DNA of 64,000 nt from an uncultured Candidatus Berkelbacteria bacterium (GCA_903877885.1 CAIRFN010000006.1:3342-67341), one strand, 5' to 3'. Shown: positions 30,872-41,745, numbered from the stretch's first letter. The notes: generated from the letters alone by a model not told the origin. Made by a program: numbers and translations.

Positions 30872-32008
30872 GTGACTAAAAGATTAAAGATTCTACTATC
30901 GATCTGGGTGGTTGTCATGATGGTATCAGCCGGCGGGCTTTTTATGTATCAAAAACAATTAAGGAGTTCGGCCGATACGTTATCACCGTTTAGTTCTTTA
31001 AGTCATCATCATGGAACACCGAAGCCACGTCCATCAAGTCCTTATATTGGTCTAAATCATAATCACAAAAACTTTTTAATAGTAACAACTAATCCAGCTT
31101 CTAGTGTGAGTACAACTAGTGCTACACTAAATGGATCAGTTAATAAGCAAGCGGCAAATCGAGGTTTTGTGCTTTACACTGGTTCAACTTGTGTCACTGG
31201 TCCGCATTATTTTGATTCTGCAATTGGCGGTATCGGAAACTTCTCTCAAACGTTAAAAACAACAAGTTCTTTTACTTTGCAACCGAACACAGCCTATTCA
31301 TATAAGGCCTATGCTAGTGCTGTATCTGGCGGTTTGAGCCTTTATGGTAACTGTGTCCCATTTACAACTACATCTACAAATCCGGTTATTGCCACTTATA
31401 CCATTACGTCATCAGCAACTTCACTATCAGCGAATTATACTGGTACGATTACGCCTTTAGGTAACACCACTGTTCAATTAGGTAAAAGTCAACAATATAT
31501 AATTAAGTCAAATGCAGGCTCAAACCAATTTGATGTTTTAGTTGATGGTAAATCTATTGGTGCGGCGCAGCTTTACACCTTTACCAATGTAACTACTAAT
31601 CATACGATTGTAGTAAATTTTGGGCCAATTCCGGTCGTACCAACTCCAACTCCAAAACCAACACCGACAGTACCTAAACCAACTCCAACTCCTACACCTA
31701 CACCAACAATTATTCCACAAGCTATGGCCAGTGGTATAGTCACTTATTCTAGCGCAGCTTCATCTGGTGCAATCGTAACGATCGCGAAAACCGGTATTGT
31801 TACTATTTTGAAAACTTTGACTACAGATACCAAGGGTATCTACCAAGTCACCGGCTTAGCGGCGGGTAACTATTCAGCTACAGCTAAACAGCATATCTGC
31901 ACAAAGTATTTCTTCTTTATTAATATTTGTCGCGATTATACTGGTACAGCCAATTTCACTTTAACGGCTGGCAAAAATACGGTTATTCCAAATATTGTCT
32001 TAAAATAA
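30872..32008 (+). CDS. Secreted/surface Thr-Ser-rich protein with beta-sandwich domains and Pro-Thr linker
   Basis: N-terminal TM, TSATLNG...LQPNTAYSY, (PT)n linker, TTDTKGIY...LAAGNY. Confidence 0.75.
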   Translation: MTKRLKILLSIWVVVMMVSAGGLFMYQKQLRSSADTLSPFSSLSHHHGTPKPRPSSPYIGLNHNHKNFLIVTTNPASSVSTTSATLNGSVNKQAANRGFVLYTGSTCVTGPHYFDSAIGGIGNFSQTLKTTSSFTLQPNTAYSYKAYASAVSGGLSLYGNCVPFTTTSTNPVIATYTITSSATSLSANYTGTITPLGNTTVQLGKSQQYIIKSNAGSNQFDVLVDGKSIGAAQLYTFTNVTTNHTIVVNFGPIPVVPTPTPKPTPTVPKPTPTPTPTPTIIPQAMASGIVTYSSAASSGAIVTIAKTGIVTILKTLTTDTKGIYQVTGLAAGNYSATAKQHICTKYFFFINICRDYTGTANFTLTAGKNTVIPNIVLK

Positions 32009-32025
32009 ATTAAAGATAATATATT

Positions 32026-32055
32026 AAAAAAGACCCAATAATATGGGTCTTTTTT
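32026..32055. terminator. Bidirectional intrinsic terminator
   Basis: AAAAAAGACCCA-loop-TGGGTCTTTTTT between convergent genes. Confidence 0.85.
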
Positions 32056-33301
32056 AATTAGCGCAAGATTTTCCGGCTAAATATCCGGAGCTCCAGGCCC
32101 ATTGTAAATTAAAACCACCAGAGTCGCCGTCGACATCCAAAATCTCGCCAGCGAAATAAAGGCCGGGCACAATTTTTGATTCCAGAGTTTTAACATCAAC
32201 TTCATCTAAATTAACACCGCCGTGGGTAACTTGCGCTTCTTTAAATGGTCGAACGCCAGAGATTGTTAATTCGATGTTTTTTAAAATTTTACTGATATTT
32301 ATGCGATCAACTTTGGAAACTTCGGCCGCTTTTTTGTCAGGATTAATTTTTAAGATTGATAAAATAATTGGCGCTAAATTTGAAGGGATTAAGCCAGCTA
32401 AAACATTTTTAATTTGTTTGGCGCCATTTGAAGAAATAATCGAAATAATTTTTTCATCTAATTTTTTAAGTTCCATTTCCGGAAATAAATCTAAACTGAT
32501 TTTAACATCTGATTTACCTAAAAACGGTCCAATAAAACCAGCTTGAGCCATAGCTGCTGGGCCAGAAAGTCCAAAGTGGGTGAATAACGAATCACCATAT
32601 TTTTCGTGAATTTTTTCATTATTAACTATTGTTTTAACATTAGCTTCAACTTTTAAACCTTGAACATCTTTAATCCAAGTTTCTTTTATTTCGATGGGCG
32701 ATAGAGCAGGGTAGAGGTCGGCTATTGTGTGCCCCATTTTGGTGAGCCAGAAATACGCATCCCCCGAAGTTCCTAAGTGTTCAGCGGATTTGCCGCCAGT
32801 GGTTAAAATTAATTTATGCGTAATTATTTCTCGACTATCTTGTAGAACTATTTTAAACGCTTCCCCTACTTTTTCGATTTTTCGAACTTGATTACCAAGA
32901 ACTATATCAATATTTTGATTTTCAATTTCGCCGATTAGAGCATCAACCACGCTACTGGCCTGATCACTTCGTGGAAAAATTCGGCCCAAATTTTCTTCCT
33001 TCAAAATTAGTCCCAGATTTTCAAAAAAATTCATTGTGGTAAACTGATCAAAATTTTTCAAAACCGACTCAATGAATTGAGAATTTCCACCGTGATAGCG
33101 GCTAACATCAGCGAATTTATTAGTCAAATTACAGCGACCGTTACCGGTCGCAAGGACTTTTCGACCTAGTTGAGGATTTTTTTCAATCAAAATCACACTA
33201 GCTTTATTTTTACTAGCTGTGATTGCGGCCATCATACCAGAGGCACCGCCGCCAACAATGGCAATGTCATATATTTTTTGATTTAATTTACTCATATCCA
33301 A
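32054..33301 (-). CDS. HI0933/BaiN family flavoprotein
   Basis: GGGASG, GRKVLATGNGRCNLTN, LFTHFGLSGP, GGFNLQWAWSSG. Confidence 0.93.
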   Translation of the reverse strand: MDMSKLNQKIYDIAIVGGGASGMMAAITASKNKASVILIEKNPQLGRKVLATGNGRCNLTNKFADVSRYHGGNSQFIESVLKNFDQFTTMNFFENLGLILKEENLGRIFPRSDQASSVVDALIGEIENQNIDIVLGNQVRKIEKVGEAFKIVLQDSREIITHKLILTTGGKSAEHLGTSGDAYFWLTKMGHTIADLYPALSPIEIKETWIKDVQGLKVEANVKTIVNNEKIHEKYGDSLFTHFGLSGPAAMAQAGFIGPFLGKSDVKISLDLFPEMELKKLDEKIISIISSNGAKQIKNVLAGLIPSNLAPIILSILKINPDKKAAEVSKVDRINISKILKNIELTISGVRPFKEAQVTHGGVNLDEVDVKTLESKIVPGLYFAGEILDVDGDSGGFNLQWAWSSGYLAGKSCAN

Positions 33302-33489
33302 AATATTATAGCATAAAAATTCGGTTTTGTCGACCCTAAAAAGCTAAAAAACCTCACCTCCACTTCCGCCTTTAGGCATGCAGTGGCGGTGGTCGAAAAT
33401 TCATCTCAGTCTTTACAATCAAATTTGATAGTGGTATTTTAACAAAGGGAGCTCTACGACAATTATGTCCGAAATAGCTCTCTTTTTGT

Positions 33490-33954
33490 GTGATTAGAAT
33501 TCAAGGGGGAAGCATGAGCAATGCAACTCTGGTTCACAAGAATTGGCCAACATTCCCAATCATCAGACTGGACATCACTAGTCCAGAAATTGGCAAGCAT
33601 TTGGCAGACTACATCAGACAGATGTTCAAGGTTTGCTTCAAAAACGGAATTGATGTTGATAGCCTTTGTCTAAACGGTGGCTATCTGATAGTTGGCCACA
33701 AGCCAGGATTTGGTACATCAAAACTGGCACCAACTAGTGAATCCCACTGGCAATTTGTGATTGCGATCGATCCATTGCTTACTGGCTCGGAGCGAACAAG
33801 AGCTATTCTTGGAGCAATCGCTGACAGTTTTTTCTACGATCGCAGTTTGCGCTTACCAAGGTCTTTTGTTGATGACAATGAAGTCTCGACTCATCCGAGA
33901 GCGATAAGAATTCGAAACGCCTTTGTCGAATCGATCATGTCGTACTCTGACTAA
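33490..33954 (+). CDS. Hypothetical protein
   Basis: 154-aa ORF followed by a hairpin and T run; start uncertain (ATG 33514 possible). Confidence 0.55.
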   Translation: MIRIQGGSMSNATLVHKNWPTFPIIRLDITSPEIGKHLADYIRQMFKVCFKNGIDVDSLCLNGGYLIVGHKPGFGTSKLAPTSESHWQFVIAIDPLLTGSERTRAILGAIADSFFYDRSLRLPRSFVDDNEVSTHPRAIRIRNAFVESIMSYSD

Positions 33955-34035
33955 ATTACTTTCTCCTCCAGGGTAACTTGGAGGTTTTTTTGTTGATTTT
34001 TTTAGGAATTTAAGGTATGATGGAGATACAAGTGT

Positions 34036-34122
34036 GCCCAGGTGGCGGAATTGGTATACGCTTAGCCTTGAGGTGGCTATGGGAGCAATCCCGTGCAGGT
34101 TCAAGTCCTGTCCTGGGCACCA
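34036..34122 (+). tRNA. tRNA-Leu(GAG), integration site
   Basis: Anticodon arm TAGCC-TTGAGGT-GGCTA; long variable arm; CCA. Confidence 0.95.
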
Positions 34123-35633
34123 AATGAGACAGGTTCGCTGTTTAAGACCAATATTGAGGTATAAACAGGGCTAATTTCGGTGTTTAATAAGCGTTTTTCA
34201 TTATATCGCAATCCGGTGGGGTATATTGAACACAAGAGCGCCCGCTTCTGTTCCAGGTTTGATTTTTGATATGTTTCCACTAAATTCGCTAATTTCGTTT
34301 CGATAAATTTTATAATGAGCTCCAAGCTGTATTTGCGTAGCAAGTCGTCATTTTTGGTAATCTGAATGTCTCTCACCTTTTCTTCGACGATTTTGTTTTG
34401 TTCTTTAAACATTTCATCGGAATAAACACCCGATAAATTCTTTTCGATCAACGCCTGCCGAAATTCATACAGTTTTTTCAGTTCATCGTCCGCCTGAGCT
34501 CTTCTTTTAACCAATTCCGAGGCCCGACTGTAGTATTTTGTCCGAAGATAGGAAATAAATAATTCGATAGTTTTCTTTTTCGGAGCCACTTTGCCCAACT
34601 CTTCAATCGTTGCTTCCTCCAACAATCCTGCGGCCACATTTGAGCCGCTACAACGATGGGAACAGAAATAATGGGCGTAATGCTTCCTTTTCCCTTTACA
34701 CCAACCGCCGGTCATTGAGGCGCCACACTTGCCGCATTTTATAATTCGTCTTAATGGAAAATCGGGATTGTCTGGATTTCTTCTGGCCAGCGGCGCCGAT
34801 ATATTGACGTTTCTGCCATCCAGGACGGCCTGCACCCGATAAAATTGTTCCTCGGTTACCATCGGCGGGTGCTGACCTTGAGTTTCCAGTCCATGCTTTT
34901 TGGAGACGATTTTACCGATATAAAATTTATTGCGGAAAATTCTACTCAACTCTTGTGGGTATATTTTTCCGCCTTTACCGCTTGTAATGCCTTTTTCGTT
35001 GAGAATTACGGCCAGCTGCCGCAAAGTTTTGGTACCGGTAGCCGTTTGAGCCCAAGTTTCTTGCCAAATATCCCAAGTTTTGGAGTCTTTAATGGCATAA
35101 CCGCTTTGAGATATATAGCCAGGAGGTACGCAGCCGTTACTTGGGAGACCTGCCCAAAACCTGGCACGCATACCGTTTTTAGTTCGTTCGCTTCGGACAT
35201 CATTATCCATTTGAGCAAAACCGGCCAGCATCGTTTCGACGAATTTTTCCGTCGGGCTGTTGCCGGTCGGCTCGGTCACGGAAAGCAGTTTAATTTCCGA
35301 TTCCATCAACTTTTTCCTGATAGCCAAATAGTCCGCCGTTTGGCGCGAAATTCGGTCTAATCGGTAAACAATCACCGCGTCGACCTCTTTCCGATGTTTT
35401 CGACAATACTCTAACATCTCAATTAATACTGGTCGACCGGTAATCGTTTTGGCGGATCGTCCCTCTTCACGAAAAACCTGTAAAATTTCGATTTCCCGGC
35501 GTTCCGCTTCCTTGCGGCAAATGTCCTCCTGTGTTTCCAGCGAATAATTGCCGACTTGTTCTTCGGTTGAGACCCGAAGATAAACCACCGCCTTGGATGG
35601 TTGTTGGGTTTTACCGGCTGTAAAATGCTCCAT
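34101..35633 (-). CDS. Large serine recombinase/integrase
   Basis: YLRVSTEEQ (catalytic Ser), RLDRISR, CGKCG...C zinc ribbon, coiled coil; stop lies inside the tRNA. Confidence 0.94.
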   Translation of the reverse strand: MEHFTAGKTQQPSKAVVYLRVSTEEQVGNYSLETQEDICRKEAERREIEILQVFREEGRSAKTITGRPVLIEMLEYCRKHRKEVDAVIVYRLDRISRQTADYLAIRKKLMESEIKLLSVTEPTGNSPTEKFVETMLAGFAQMDNDVRSERTKNGMRARFWAGLPSNGCVPPGYISQSGYAIKDSKTWDIWQETWAQTATGTKTLRQLAVILNEKGITSGKGGKIYPQELSRIFRNKFYIGKIVSKKHGLETQGQHPPMVTEEQFYRVQAVLDGRNVNISAPLARRNPDNPDFPLRRIIKCGKCGASMTGGWCKGKRKHYAHYFCSHRCSGSNVAAGLLEEATIEELGKVAPKKKTIELFISYLRTKYYSRASELVKRRAQADDELKKLYEFRQALIEKNLSGVYSDEMFKEQNKIVEEKVRDIQITKNDDLLRKYSLELIIKFIETKLANLVETYQKSNLEQKRALLCSIYPTGLRYNEKRLLNTEISPVYTSILVLNSEPVSFGAQDRT

Positions 35634-35886
35634 TTTGTCCCTCCTTTGTTAATTGCTTTAATGTTTTGCCATCAAAAACTTGTTTTTCGTACTCGTCAAG
35701 CCAAGAATCTAAAAGAAATTGAAACTCGGCGATATAGACTCCCAATTCTTCATCAGGAACTCCAGCCACTTCTTCCCCAAGAATCTTTCTGGCTTTTTGA
35801 AGCTTGGTCTCTTCTTTCTTGTCTAAAAATATGGTGTTAAGCGTCTCTTCATCAATGTTTCTTCTGTCGTTAGTAAAATCCATCAT
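35611..35886 (-). CDS. Small hypothetical protein upstream of the recombinase
   Basis: Probable start MMDFTND; overlaps the recombinase start. Confidence 0.6.
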   Translation of the reverse strand: MMDFTNDRRNIDEETLNTIFLDKKEETKLQKARKILGEEVAGVPDEELGVYIAEFQFLLDSWLDEYEKQVFDGKTLKQLTKEGQNGAFYSR

Positions 35887-36162
35887 TACAGCGGGGCTTT
35901 TTATGGAAGGTGGAACGGTAGGGCGGTTAATTATTGGGATATCCAATAAGGCTGTGCTGCCGGTATTTTGTTCAATTGATTTTAATTGAGATAACTGCAA
36001 TTTAACCTCCAAAGTATCGCTATATTTATATAATACTATCGTAATAGCGATACTGTCAAGAGGGTGAATTGAACCTGTAATAAGTGCGAGAAGTGGCTTT
36101 GAGATCAAAATATTATAAGTTATCCACAGGACTTTTTGTGGTCATAATAAGCAAGCAAAAAA

Positions 36163-36192
36163 TTGACAATTTATGAGATCATCTGTTAGTAT
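36163..36192 (+). promoter_or_regulatory. Putative sigma70 promoter for the VirD4-like gene
   Basis: TTGACA-18 bp-TAGTAT. Confidence 0.45.
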
Positions 36193-36249
36193 GCAGGTGA
36201 ATTAACAAGCGATAATTTCTAAAGTAAAACGGAGGGGAAGGAGTATGTT

Positions 36250-39129
36250 TTGGACATATTTTCCTACCTCGAACAAAACGATCAGATCAAAAACTATCAG
36301 CCGACACCTCAAGACGGCAAATTCGTGGCCGATCTGTTTAACGCCTTTCACCACCACCTGCCACTCGATTTTCTTCAAAAGTCATTCGTGATCTCTATTT
36401 TATTTCCGGGAACCGTTTCGTCAAAATTAGCCTTTTTCTCATATTTATCATCTCTATCGTCGCTCTCATTCGCGCCGATTTTTGTAATTATCGGTATTAT
36501 CGCTCTCTTATTTATCCTTTACCTGATATTCAAATTGTTCGGCCACAAACTGATTAAAAAAGAACCTCTTGCTTATTTGATGCTCACGTTTCCATCCAAT
36601 ACTGAAAAGTCCGCCTACGCGACAGAGCAGCTCTTTTCGCTCTTTCACGCTTTAGCCGGACAGCGTTCCTTTTTTCAAAGAATTTTAAGATCAAAAACAG
36701 AGTATTCTTTGGAAATCGTGTCGAGCCGAGAATTGGGAATAAGATATGTTATGAGTGCGCCCGCTTCCGATGCCGAAATCATCGCAAAAAGCCTTATCTC
36801 TTTTCTACCAGGTCTCTCAATCGAGGAAATTGAAGATTATCTGCCGGACAATTTTGTCTCCGATTCTTTTAAAGAAAAACAAAAAGCGGGTATCGGTATC
36901 ACCGAACTGAAATTAAAAAACGATTTCGCACTGGCCTTGGAAAAAAACAAGGTGTTGGCTGAACACGACACGATCGCCTATTTAGCCGGCAATATGACCA
37001 AACTCGCATCTGGCGAAGAGATGGTTTTTCAAATCGTCTTGACGCCCATAACCGATTCCGCCCACGGTAAAATTATGAAGCGCGTCTTAGAAATCGAAAA
37101 TAAAATTTATACCAATCAACCGCTATCGGGGGAACTGCACAAAAGTGCAATCGAGGCATCTTTATCGTGGCCGGCGGCTGTCTTCGAATGGCTCGGTGGT
37201 CTTGTCGGAGCTTTTGCCAGAACCGTTTCGGACGTGATTGGGCATTTTTTAGGTGGCTCGCAGGAATATCATGATCCGGTTTCGCAACGGTCAACTCTTT
37301 TAGCCGCCCAGCGTCAGGAGATTATTAACCCTTACGAACAGGAACTGCAAATAAGGGTTAAGGAAAAACTGGGTCAGCCGATGTTTGAAACCTCGCTTCG
37401 CCTATATGTTCGCGTCAAAAACAAGCGAGAATACGGTTTAAGAGTTTCAGGCTTTCTGGCCTCGCTCGGACAGCTTTCAGGTCGTCATCAATCATTGGTC
37501 GTCAAATCTCCGGGGTGGTTTACTTCGGTCAAGTCTGTACTCTCGGCGTTCCAGGGCCGAGAATTGTCTTCGGCCCACAATCCGATTCTTTCGGCCTCGG
37601 AACTGGCCGATCTCTATCATTTCCCATATGCAGGCACGACCAAAACCGAGGATCTTGTTAAAAGCAAAAATAATCCGCTGCCGGCGCCGTTATCGTTTAA
37701 ACAGGCTTCGACCGAGTTTGATAATGTCTTTGCTAAAAACCTTTACGGAGGCTCCGAAACTTTAATCGGACAAACCCTGGAAGAACGCCGGCGCCACACC
37801 TATATTTTAGGGGCGACGGGTTCGGGTAAAACAACCTTGTTGTCGACCATGATTTACAACGATATTGCCAATGGCAAGGGGGTAGCCGTAGTCGATCCGC
37901 ACGGACAACTGGTGGAGAATCTTTTACGGGTAATTCCCGAAGAACGCATCAAAGACGTGGTATGGTTCGCGCCCGACGACGACGGATATCCCGTCGCCTT
38001 AAACTTGTTGGAACTCGAATATGATAACACTCTTACTTCGAGTCAGCTTGAAAAACGAAAGTCTCTGGTGGTAAGCAGTATCGTCTCCATTATTAAAAAG
38101 TTTTATCCCGTAAATTCGTTCGGCCCGAGAATGGAATATGTTTTAAAAAACGCGATTCTAACCGCTCTGGAAACGCCTGAGCCGACACTGCAAACGGTTC
38201 TCGACATTTTAACCAAAGAGGCTTATCGCAAGGAGGTGATGAAAACTTTGGAAAACGAAACTTTAAAAGACTACTGGACTTACGAATTCGCCAAATACGG
38301 CGACCTTCAAAGAAACACTGTCGTCTCTCCGATTACCAACAAAATCGGCGGACTCTTAAGCTCGCCGATTAATCGCAACATCCTGCTTCAAAAGAAAAGC
38401 AAGTTGGATTTTGACGAGGTTTTGAATTCTGGTAAAATTCTGCTCTGTGATTTAAGCAAAGGTAAAATCGGCGAAGACGAATCAAGCTTTTTCGGCTCGC
38501 TGGTCATTGCCAAAATCCAGTTGGCGGCGCTCTCCAGGGCCAGGATTCCGGAAGAAAAACGAAAAGATTTTTACCTCTATGTCGACGAGTTTCAAAACTT
38601 CGCGACTAAAAGTTTCGGCGAATTGGTCTCGGAAGCCAGGAAATACCGGCTTTCAACGATTTTGGCGCATCAGTCGATTTCGCAGATCGAAGACCAAAAT
38701 ATCGTCAAAACGATCCTAGCCAACGTCGGCACGGTCATTTGTTTTAGAACGGCCAATCCCGAAGACGAGCAATTCATTCTGCCGATCTTTTCGCCCGAAG
38801 TTTCCAAACACGAAATCGGAAACTTGCCGCTTTACAACTTTTACCTGAAAATATCGGTGGGCAAACCCCAAGACGCTTTCCTAGCACAGGCAGATGATTT
38901 TACAATTGAAAGTAACGAGAAAACCGCCGAAGACACGATCAACCGTTCTCGCAAACAATACGCCGTGCCAGTCGAGACATTAAAGAAACCGCGGGCGGTG
39001 AAAACGGAGAATGAAGAAATCAAAAAAGTTAAGACTAAAGCTATCGCAAAAAAACCGATCAAACAGCCGGAAACCGAACCCGAATTAGAGCCGAAAACGG
39101 AGTCCGAAAACGGGAAAATTTGGTGGTAG
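36250..39129 (+). CDS. VirD4/TraD/TrwB-like type IV coupling ATPase
   Basis: N-terminal TM, RRRHTYILGATGSGKT, DPHG, LYVDEFQNF, SEARKYRL, AHQ, ILANVGT. Confidence 0.88.
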   Translation: MDIFSYLEQNDQIKNYQPTPQDGKFVADLFNAFHHHLPLDFLQKSFVISILFPGTVSSKLAFFSYLSSLSSLSFAPIFVIIGIIALLFILYLIFKLFGHKLIKKEPLAYLMLTFPSNTEKSAYATEQLFSLFHALAGQRSFFQRILRSKTEYSLEIVSSRELGIRYVMSAPASDAEIIAKSLISFLPGLSIEEIEDYLPDNFVSDSFKEKQKAGIGITELKLKNDFALALEKNKVLAEHDTIAYLAGNMTKLASGEEMVFQIVLTPITDSAHGKIMKRVLEIENKIYTNQPLSGELHKSAIEASLSWPAAVFEWLGGLVGAFARTVSDVIGHFLGGSQEYHDPVSQRSTLLAAQRQEIINPYEQELQIRVKEKLGQPMFETSLRLYVRVKNKREYGLRVSGFLASLGQLSGRHQSLVVKSPGWFTSVKSVLSAFQGRELSSAHNPILSASELADLYHFPYAGTTKTEDLVKSKNNPLPAPLSFKQASTEFDNVFAKNLYGGSETLIGQTLEERRRHTYILGATGSGKTTLLSTMIYNDIANGKGVAVVDPHGQLVENLLRVIPEERIKDVVWFAPDDDGYPVALNLLELEYDNTLTSSQLEKRKSLVVSSIVSIIKKFYPVNSFGPRMEYVLKNAILTALETPEPTLQTVLDILTKEAYRKEVMKTLENETLKDYWTYEFAKYGDLQRNTVVSPITNKIGGLLSSPINRNILLQKKSKLDFDEVLNSGKILLCDLSKGKIGEDESSFFGSLVIAKIQLAALSRARIPEEKRKDFYLYVDEFQNFATKSFGELVSEARKYRLSTILAHQSISQIEDQNIVKTILANVGTVICFRTANPEDEQFILPIFSPEVSKHEIGNLPLYNFYLKISVGKPQDAFLAQADDFTIESNEKTAEDTINRSRKQYAVPVETLKKPRAVKTENEEIKKVKTKAIAKKPIKQPETEPELEPKTESENGKIWW

Positions 39130-39293
39130 GCGTTACCACCAACAAATGACGGGTTTTGAGATTAAAACAATGGAATGTTTTCGCATTAACCTTATACAAG
39201 GAGGAGTAGGTAGGGATTGGCATAAGTATAAGTAAAAAAACAAAAATACAAACAAACTGCAACACAACAACATCAATCAAATTAAAAACTCCA

Positions 39294-40070
39294 ATGACTA
39301 AACTACCCTCAATTACCAAAACACAAGAAAATATTATCCAACTCATCTATCGCTTCAGATTTCTTAATCGAATCCAAATACAAAAATTACTCAAAATTAA
39401 ATCGGTCAGTAAACTCAATTACTATCTAAAAGACCTGACCGAAAAAGAATATCTTAAGCGATCACATGAAGATACGTTCCCAAACAAACTTCGGCCGGCC
39501 GTTTACCATATCGGCCCAAACGGGATCCGGTTTTTGAGATCGCAAGATAATTGCGAAGCCGAAGCGATCAAGAATCTTTATCGGGAAGATAATCGATCAA
39601 GCAGTTTTAGGGATTGTTGTCTTCTGCTGGCCGATATTTACCTCGGATTTGAAAACCGCCAAGACAAAGATGTCCAATCGATCATGCAGATGAGAAGCGA
39701 TTATCCGGCCCATCCGCTCAAAGATATACTTAGCGATCTCAAGCCTTCCGCCTATGTTGCCCAAAAGAAATCTGGCAAGACTAAACGGTCCTTTTTGGAA
39801 ATTTTGTACGATCTGCCGGATCAATATTTAAGGCAAAGAATAAAGCAATATCTTAAATTTTATCGAGGAAGCGTTTGGGAATCAGAAACGAAAACGGATT
39901 TCCCGACGATTATGATCGTCTGCCCCAATGACAGAGTTCTGGCCTACGTCAGACATTACGTCAAAACAAAGCTCGCACAATTCGACGGATCGGATTTGAT
40001 CATCGATTTGACCACGTCCGATAAGGTTAAAGAGTTTGGCCTTACCAGTGATATTTGGAAGAAAATTTAA
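39294..40070 (+). CDS. Replication-relaxation (Replic_Relax) family protein
   Basis: wHTH-like N-terminus YRFRFLNRIQIQ, PSAY...FLEI, FPTIMIVC; next to the coupling protein. Confidence 0.7.
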   Translation: MTKLPSITKTQENIIQLIYRFRFLNRIQIQKLLKIKSVSKLNYYLKDLTEKEYLKRSHEDTFPNKLRPAVYHIGPNGIRFLRSQDNCEAEAIKNLYREDNRSSSFRDCCLLLADIYLGFENRQDKDVQSIMQMRSDYPAHPLKDILSDLKPSAYVAQKKSGKTKRSFLEILYDLPDQYLRQRIKQYLKFYRGSVWESETKTDFPTIMIVCPNDRVLAYVRHYVKTKLAQFDGSDLIIDLTTSDKVKEFGLTSDIWKKI

Positions 40071-40137
40071 GCAATAAATTTCGCTTGTGTTTCTATCGGC
40101 GATAAAATTTGCTATAGTTTGGGCAAGAAAGGATAAT

Positions 40138-40794
40138 ATGGAAATATTCGTTGAAGAATATCTGGCGAAATCGGTGCCGAATACAAAACAGTGGGTTGAA
40201 AAAATTATTGACAAATGCGCCAGGAGAATAAAATTTAAGGATGCCAAAATCGGTGTTTTTCTAACGCCGGGATCGAATGGCTTGGAAGATGTCAACGGTA
40301 TCGGAGGGTACTGCCCTTCGAGCGCTCTTGTCGAGATAAGCGTCGATTTAAATCATCCGAATTTTGATTTTGATTCGCTTAAATTAACTTTGGCTCACGA
40401 ACTTTACCATCTCGCGCGCCGACAATCGGGAATCAAAATCGGCGAGAGTACGGTTTTAGAATGCCTAATCAGCGAAGGGTTGGCCGATCGATTTGTCTAC
40501 GAAACTTACGGATTAACACCCGTCTGGATTTCTAAACTAGGTGGAACGGATGCGGCCAAGTTACTAAAGAAAATATCCCCAATTTTGGATGAAAAAATTG
40601 ATGATGAAATTTACAACGATTGGTTTTTAAGCGGTTCAAAGAAACTAGGCGTTGCTAAATGGTCGGGCTACTCGCTTAGTTACGCGTTAGTGTCGCAGAT
40701 ATTAAAGAAGGATAAAAAGTTGAATTCCATATCATTTTTAGATGTTCCCGCGAAAGAAATCGCCGATATAACCACTTTGTATGATAAAGTATGA
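40138..40794 (+). CDS. DUF2268-like Zn-dependent protease
   Basis: LAHELYH (HExxH), SEGLAD, WSGYSLSY; start moved to ATG 40138. Confidence 0.75.
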   Translation: MEIFVEEYLAKSVPNTKQWVEKIIDKCARRIKFKDAKIGVFLTPGSNGLEDVNGIGGYCPSSALVEISVDLNHPNFDFDSLKLTLAHELYHLARRQSGIKIGESTVLECLISEGLADRFVYETYGLTPVWISKLGGTDAAKLLKKISPILDEKIDDEIYNDWFLSGSKKLGVAKWSGYSLSYALVSQILKKDKKLNSISFLDVPAKEIADITTLYDKV

Positions 40795-40845
40795 ATTTCA
40801 ACCACAAAAAAAGCCCGGAAGTCTGGAAACTCCCGAGCCTTTTAA

Positions 40846-41166
40846 TTAGTACTCTTTGGCAAGCATTATAGTCACAACCCGTTTGCATGTATCTGAAAGC
40901 GGATCCTCAAAATGTGTTAAAGTCGGATCAAAGTAATCGATCTTCCAAAGTACTCTTTGACCTTTCCAATCAAAATATCCCAAATCGTGCCAGCCGTAAA
41001 AATCATCATGCTTGTTAAACTTATTAAAAGAACGGACTGCATAAAGCAATTCTTCAATATCCGGTAATTCAGCCGCCTTGTTAGTTAATACAACATTTAA
41101 ACCTAGCTGTCGGGCAACATCGTTGCGCCTCGCCATCTCTTTGAACTTATTTTCCTGATTATCCAT
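40846..41166 (-). CDS. DUF3768 domain protein (copy 2)
   Basis: DFYGWHDLG, WKIDYFD, RVVTIMLAKEY; GGAGG RBS before ATG 41166. Confidence 0.8.
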   Translation of the reverse strand: MDNQENKFKEMARRNDVARQLGLNVVLTNKAAELPDIEELLYAVRSFNKFNKHDDFYGWHDLGYFDWKGQRVLWKIDYFDPTLTHFEDPLSDTCKRVVTIMLAKEY

Positions 41167-41239
41167 TTTAACCTCCAATAATTAAATTAAATTAAAGAAA
41201 AAGGCCTGAAAGTCACCACAACTTCCAGGCCCTCATCTC

Positions 41240-41554
41240 TCAATACTCCTCAGCCAGCATCACCGTTAACCTGCGCTGGCACTCCGGAGATGTCGGGTCT
41301 TGCCAATAGCCCAATGATTGATCGTAGTAATCAATCTTCCAAAAAACTCTTTCCCGCTGCCAAATGAGCGAACCGAAGTCATGCTCACCATAGGGATCAT
41401 TGTCATCGGTAAACCGATCGTAATCGCGCACCGCGGCTAGTAACCCTTCGGGATCCGGTAAGTCCCGTGCTCCAGAAGTCATTAACACTCCATATCCCAT
41501 CCTACGGAACCCATCGTTCTTTTGCGCCACGTCCAAAGTTTGTACACAGTTCAT
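41240..41554 (-). CDS. DUF3768 domain protein (copy 1)
   Basis: NDPYGEHDFG, FWKIDYYD, RLTVMLAEEY; GGAGG RBS before ATG 41554. Confidence 0.85.
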   Translation of the reverse strand: MNCVQTLDVAQKNDGFRRMGYGVLMTSGARDLPDPEGLLAAVRDYDRFTDDNDPYGEHDFGSLIWQRERVFWKIDYYDQSLGYWQDPTSPECQRRLTVMLAEEY

Positions 41555-41602
41555 TTTGACCTCCATTCTATTATCTTTAATCTCAAGAACAAGCGTATCG
41601 AC

Positions 41603-41745
41603 CTTCCGCCTGTCGACTGGAAGGCAAGGACAGCACGCTAAAATAGTCAAGGTGGAGTCCTACCTTAATGAAAGTATTTAATAGTCAAAAGAACCGACCT
41701 TGACGATTTTAGACCTGTCCTTACGATGGGAAGACTGGGCGGAAG
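41603..41745. repeat. Large nested imperfect inverted repeat
   Basis: CTTCCGCC/GGCGGAAG, AAGGACAG/CTGTCCTT and CTAAAATAGTCAAGGT/ACCTTGACGATTTTAG (1 mismatch). Confidence 0.8.

Noticed and set aside
31636-31710. Short tandem DNA repeats
   Set aside because: They encode a Pro-Thr linker with varied codons.
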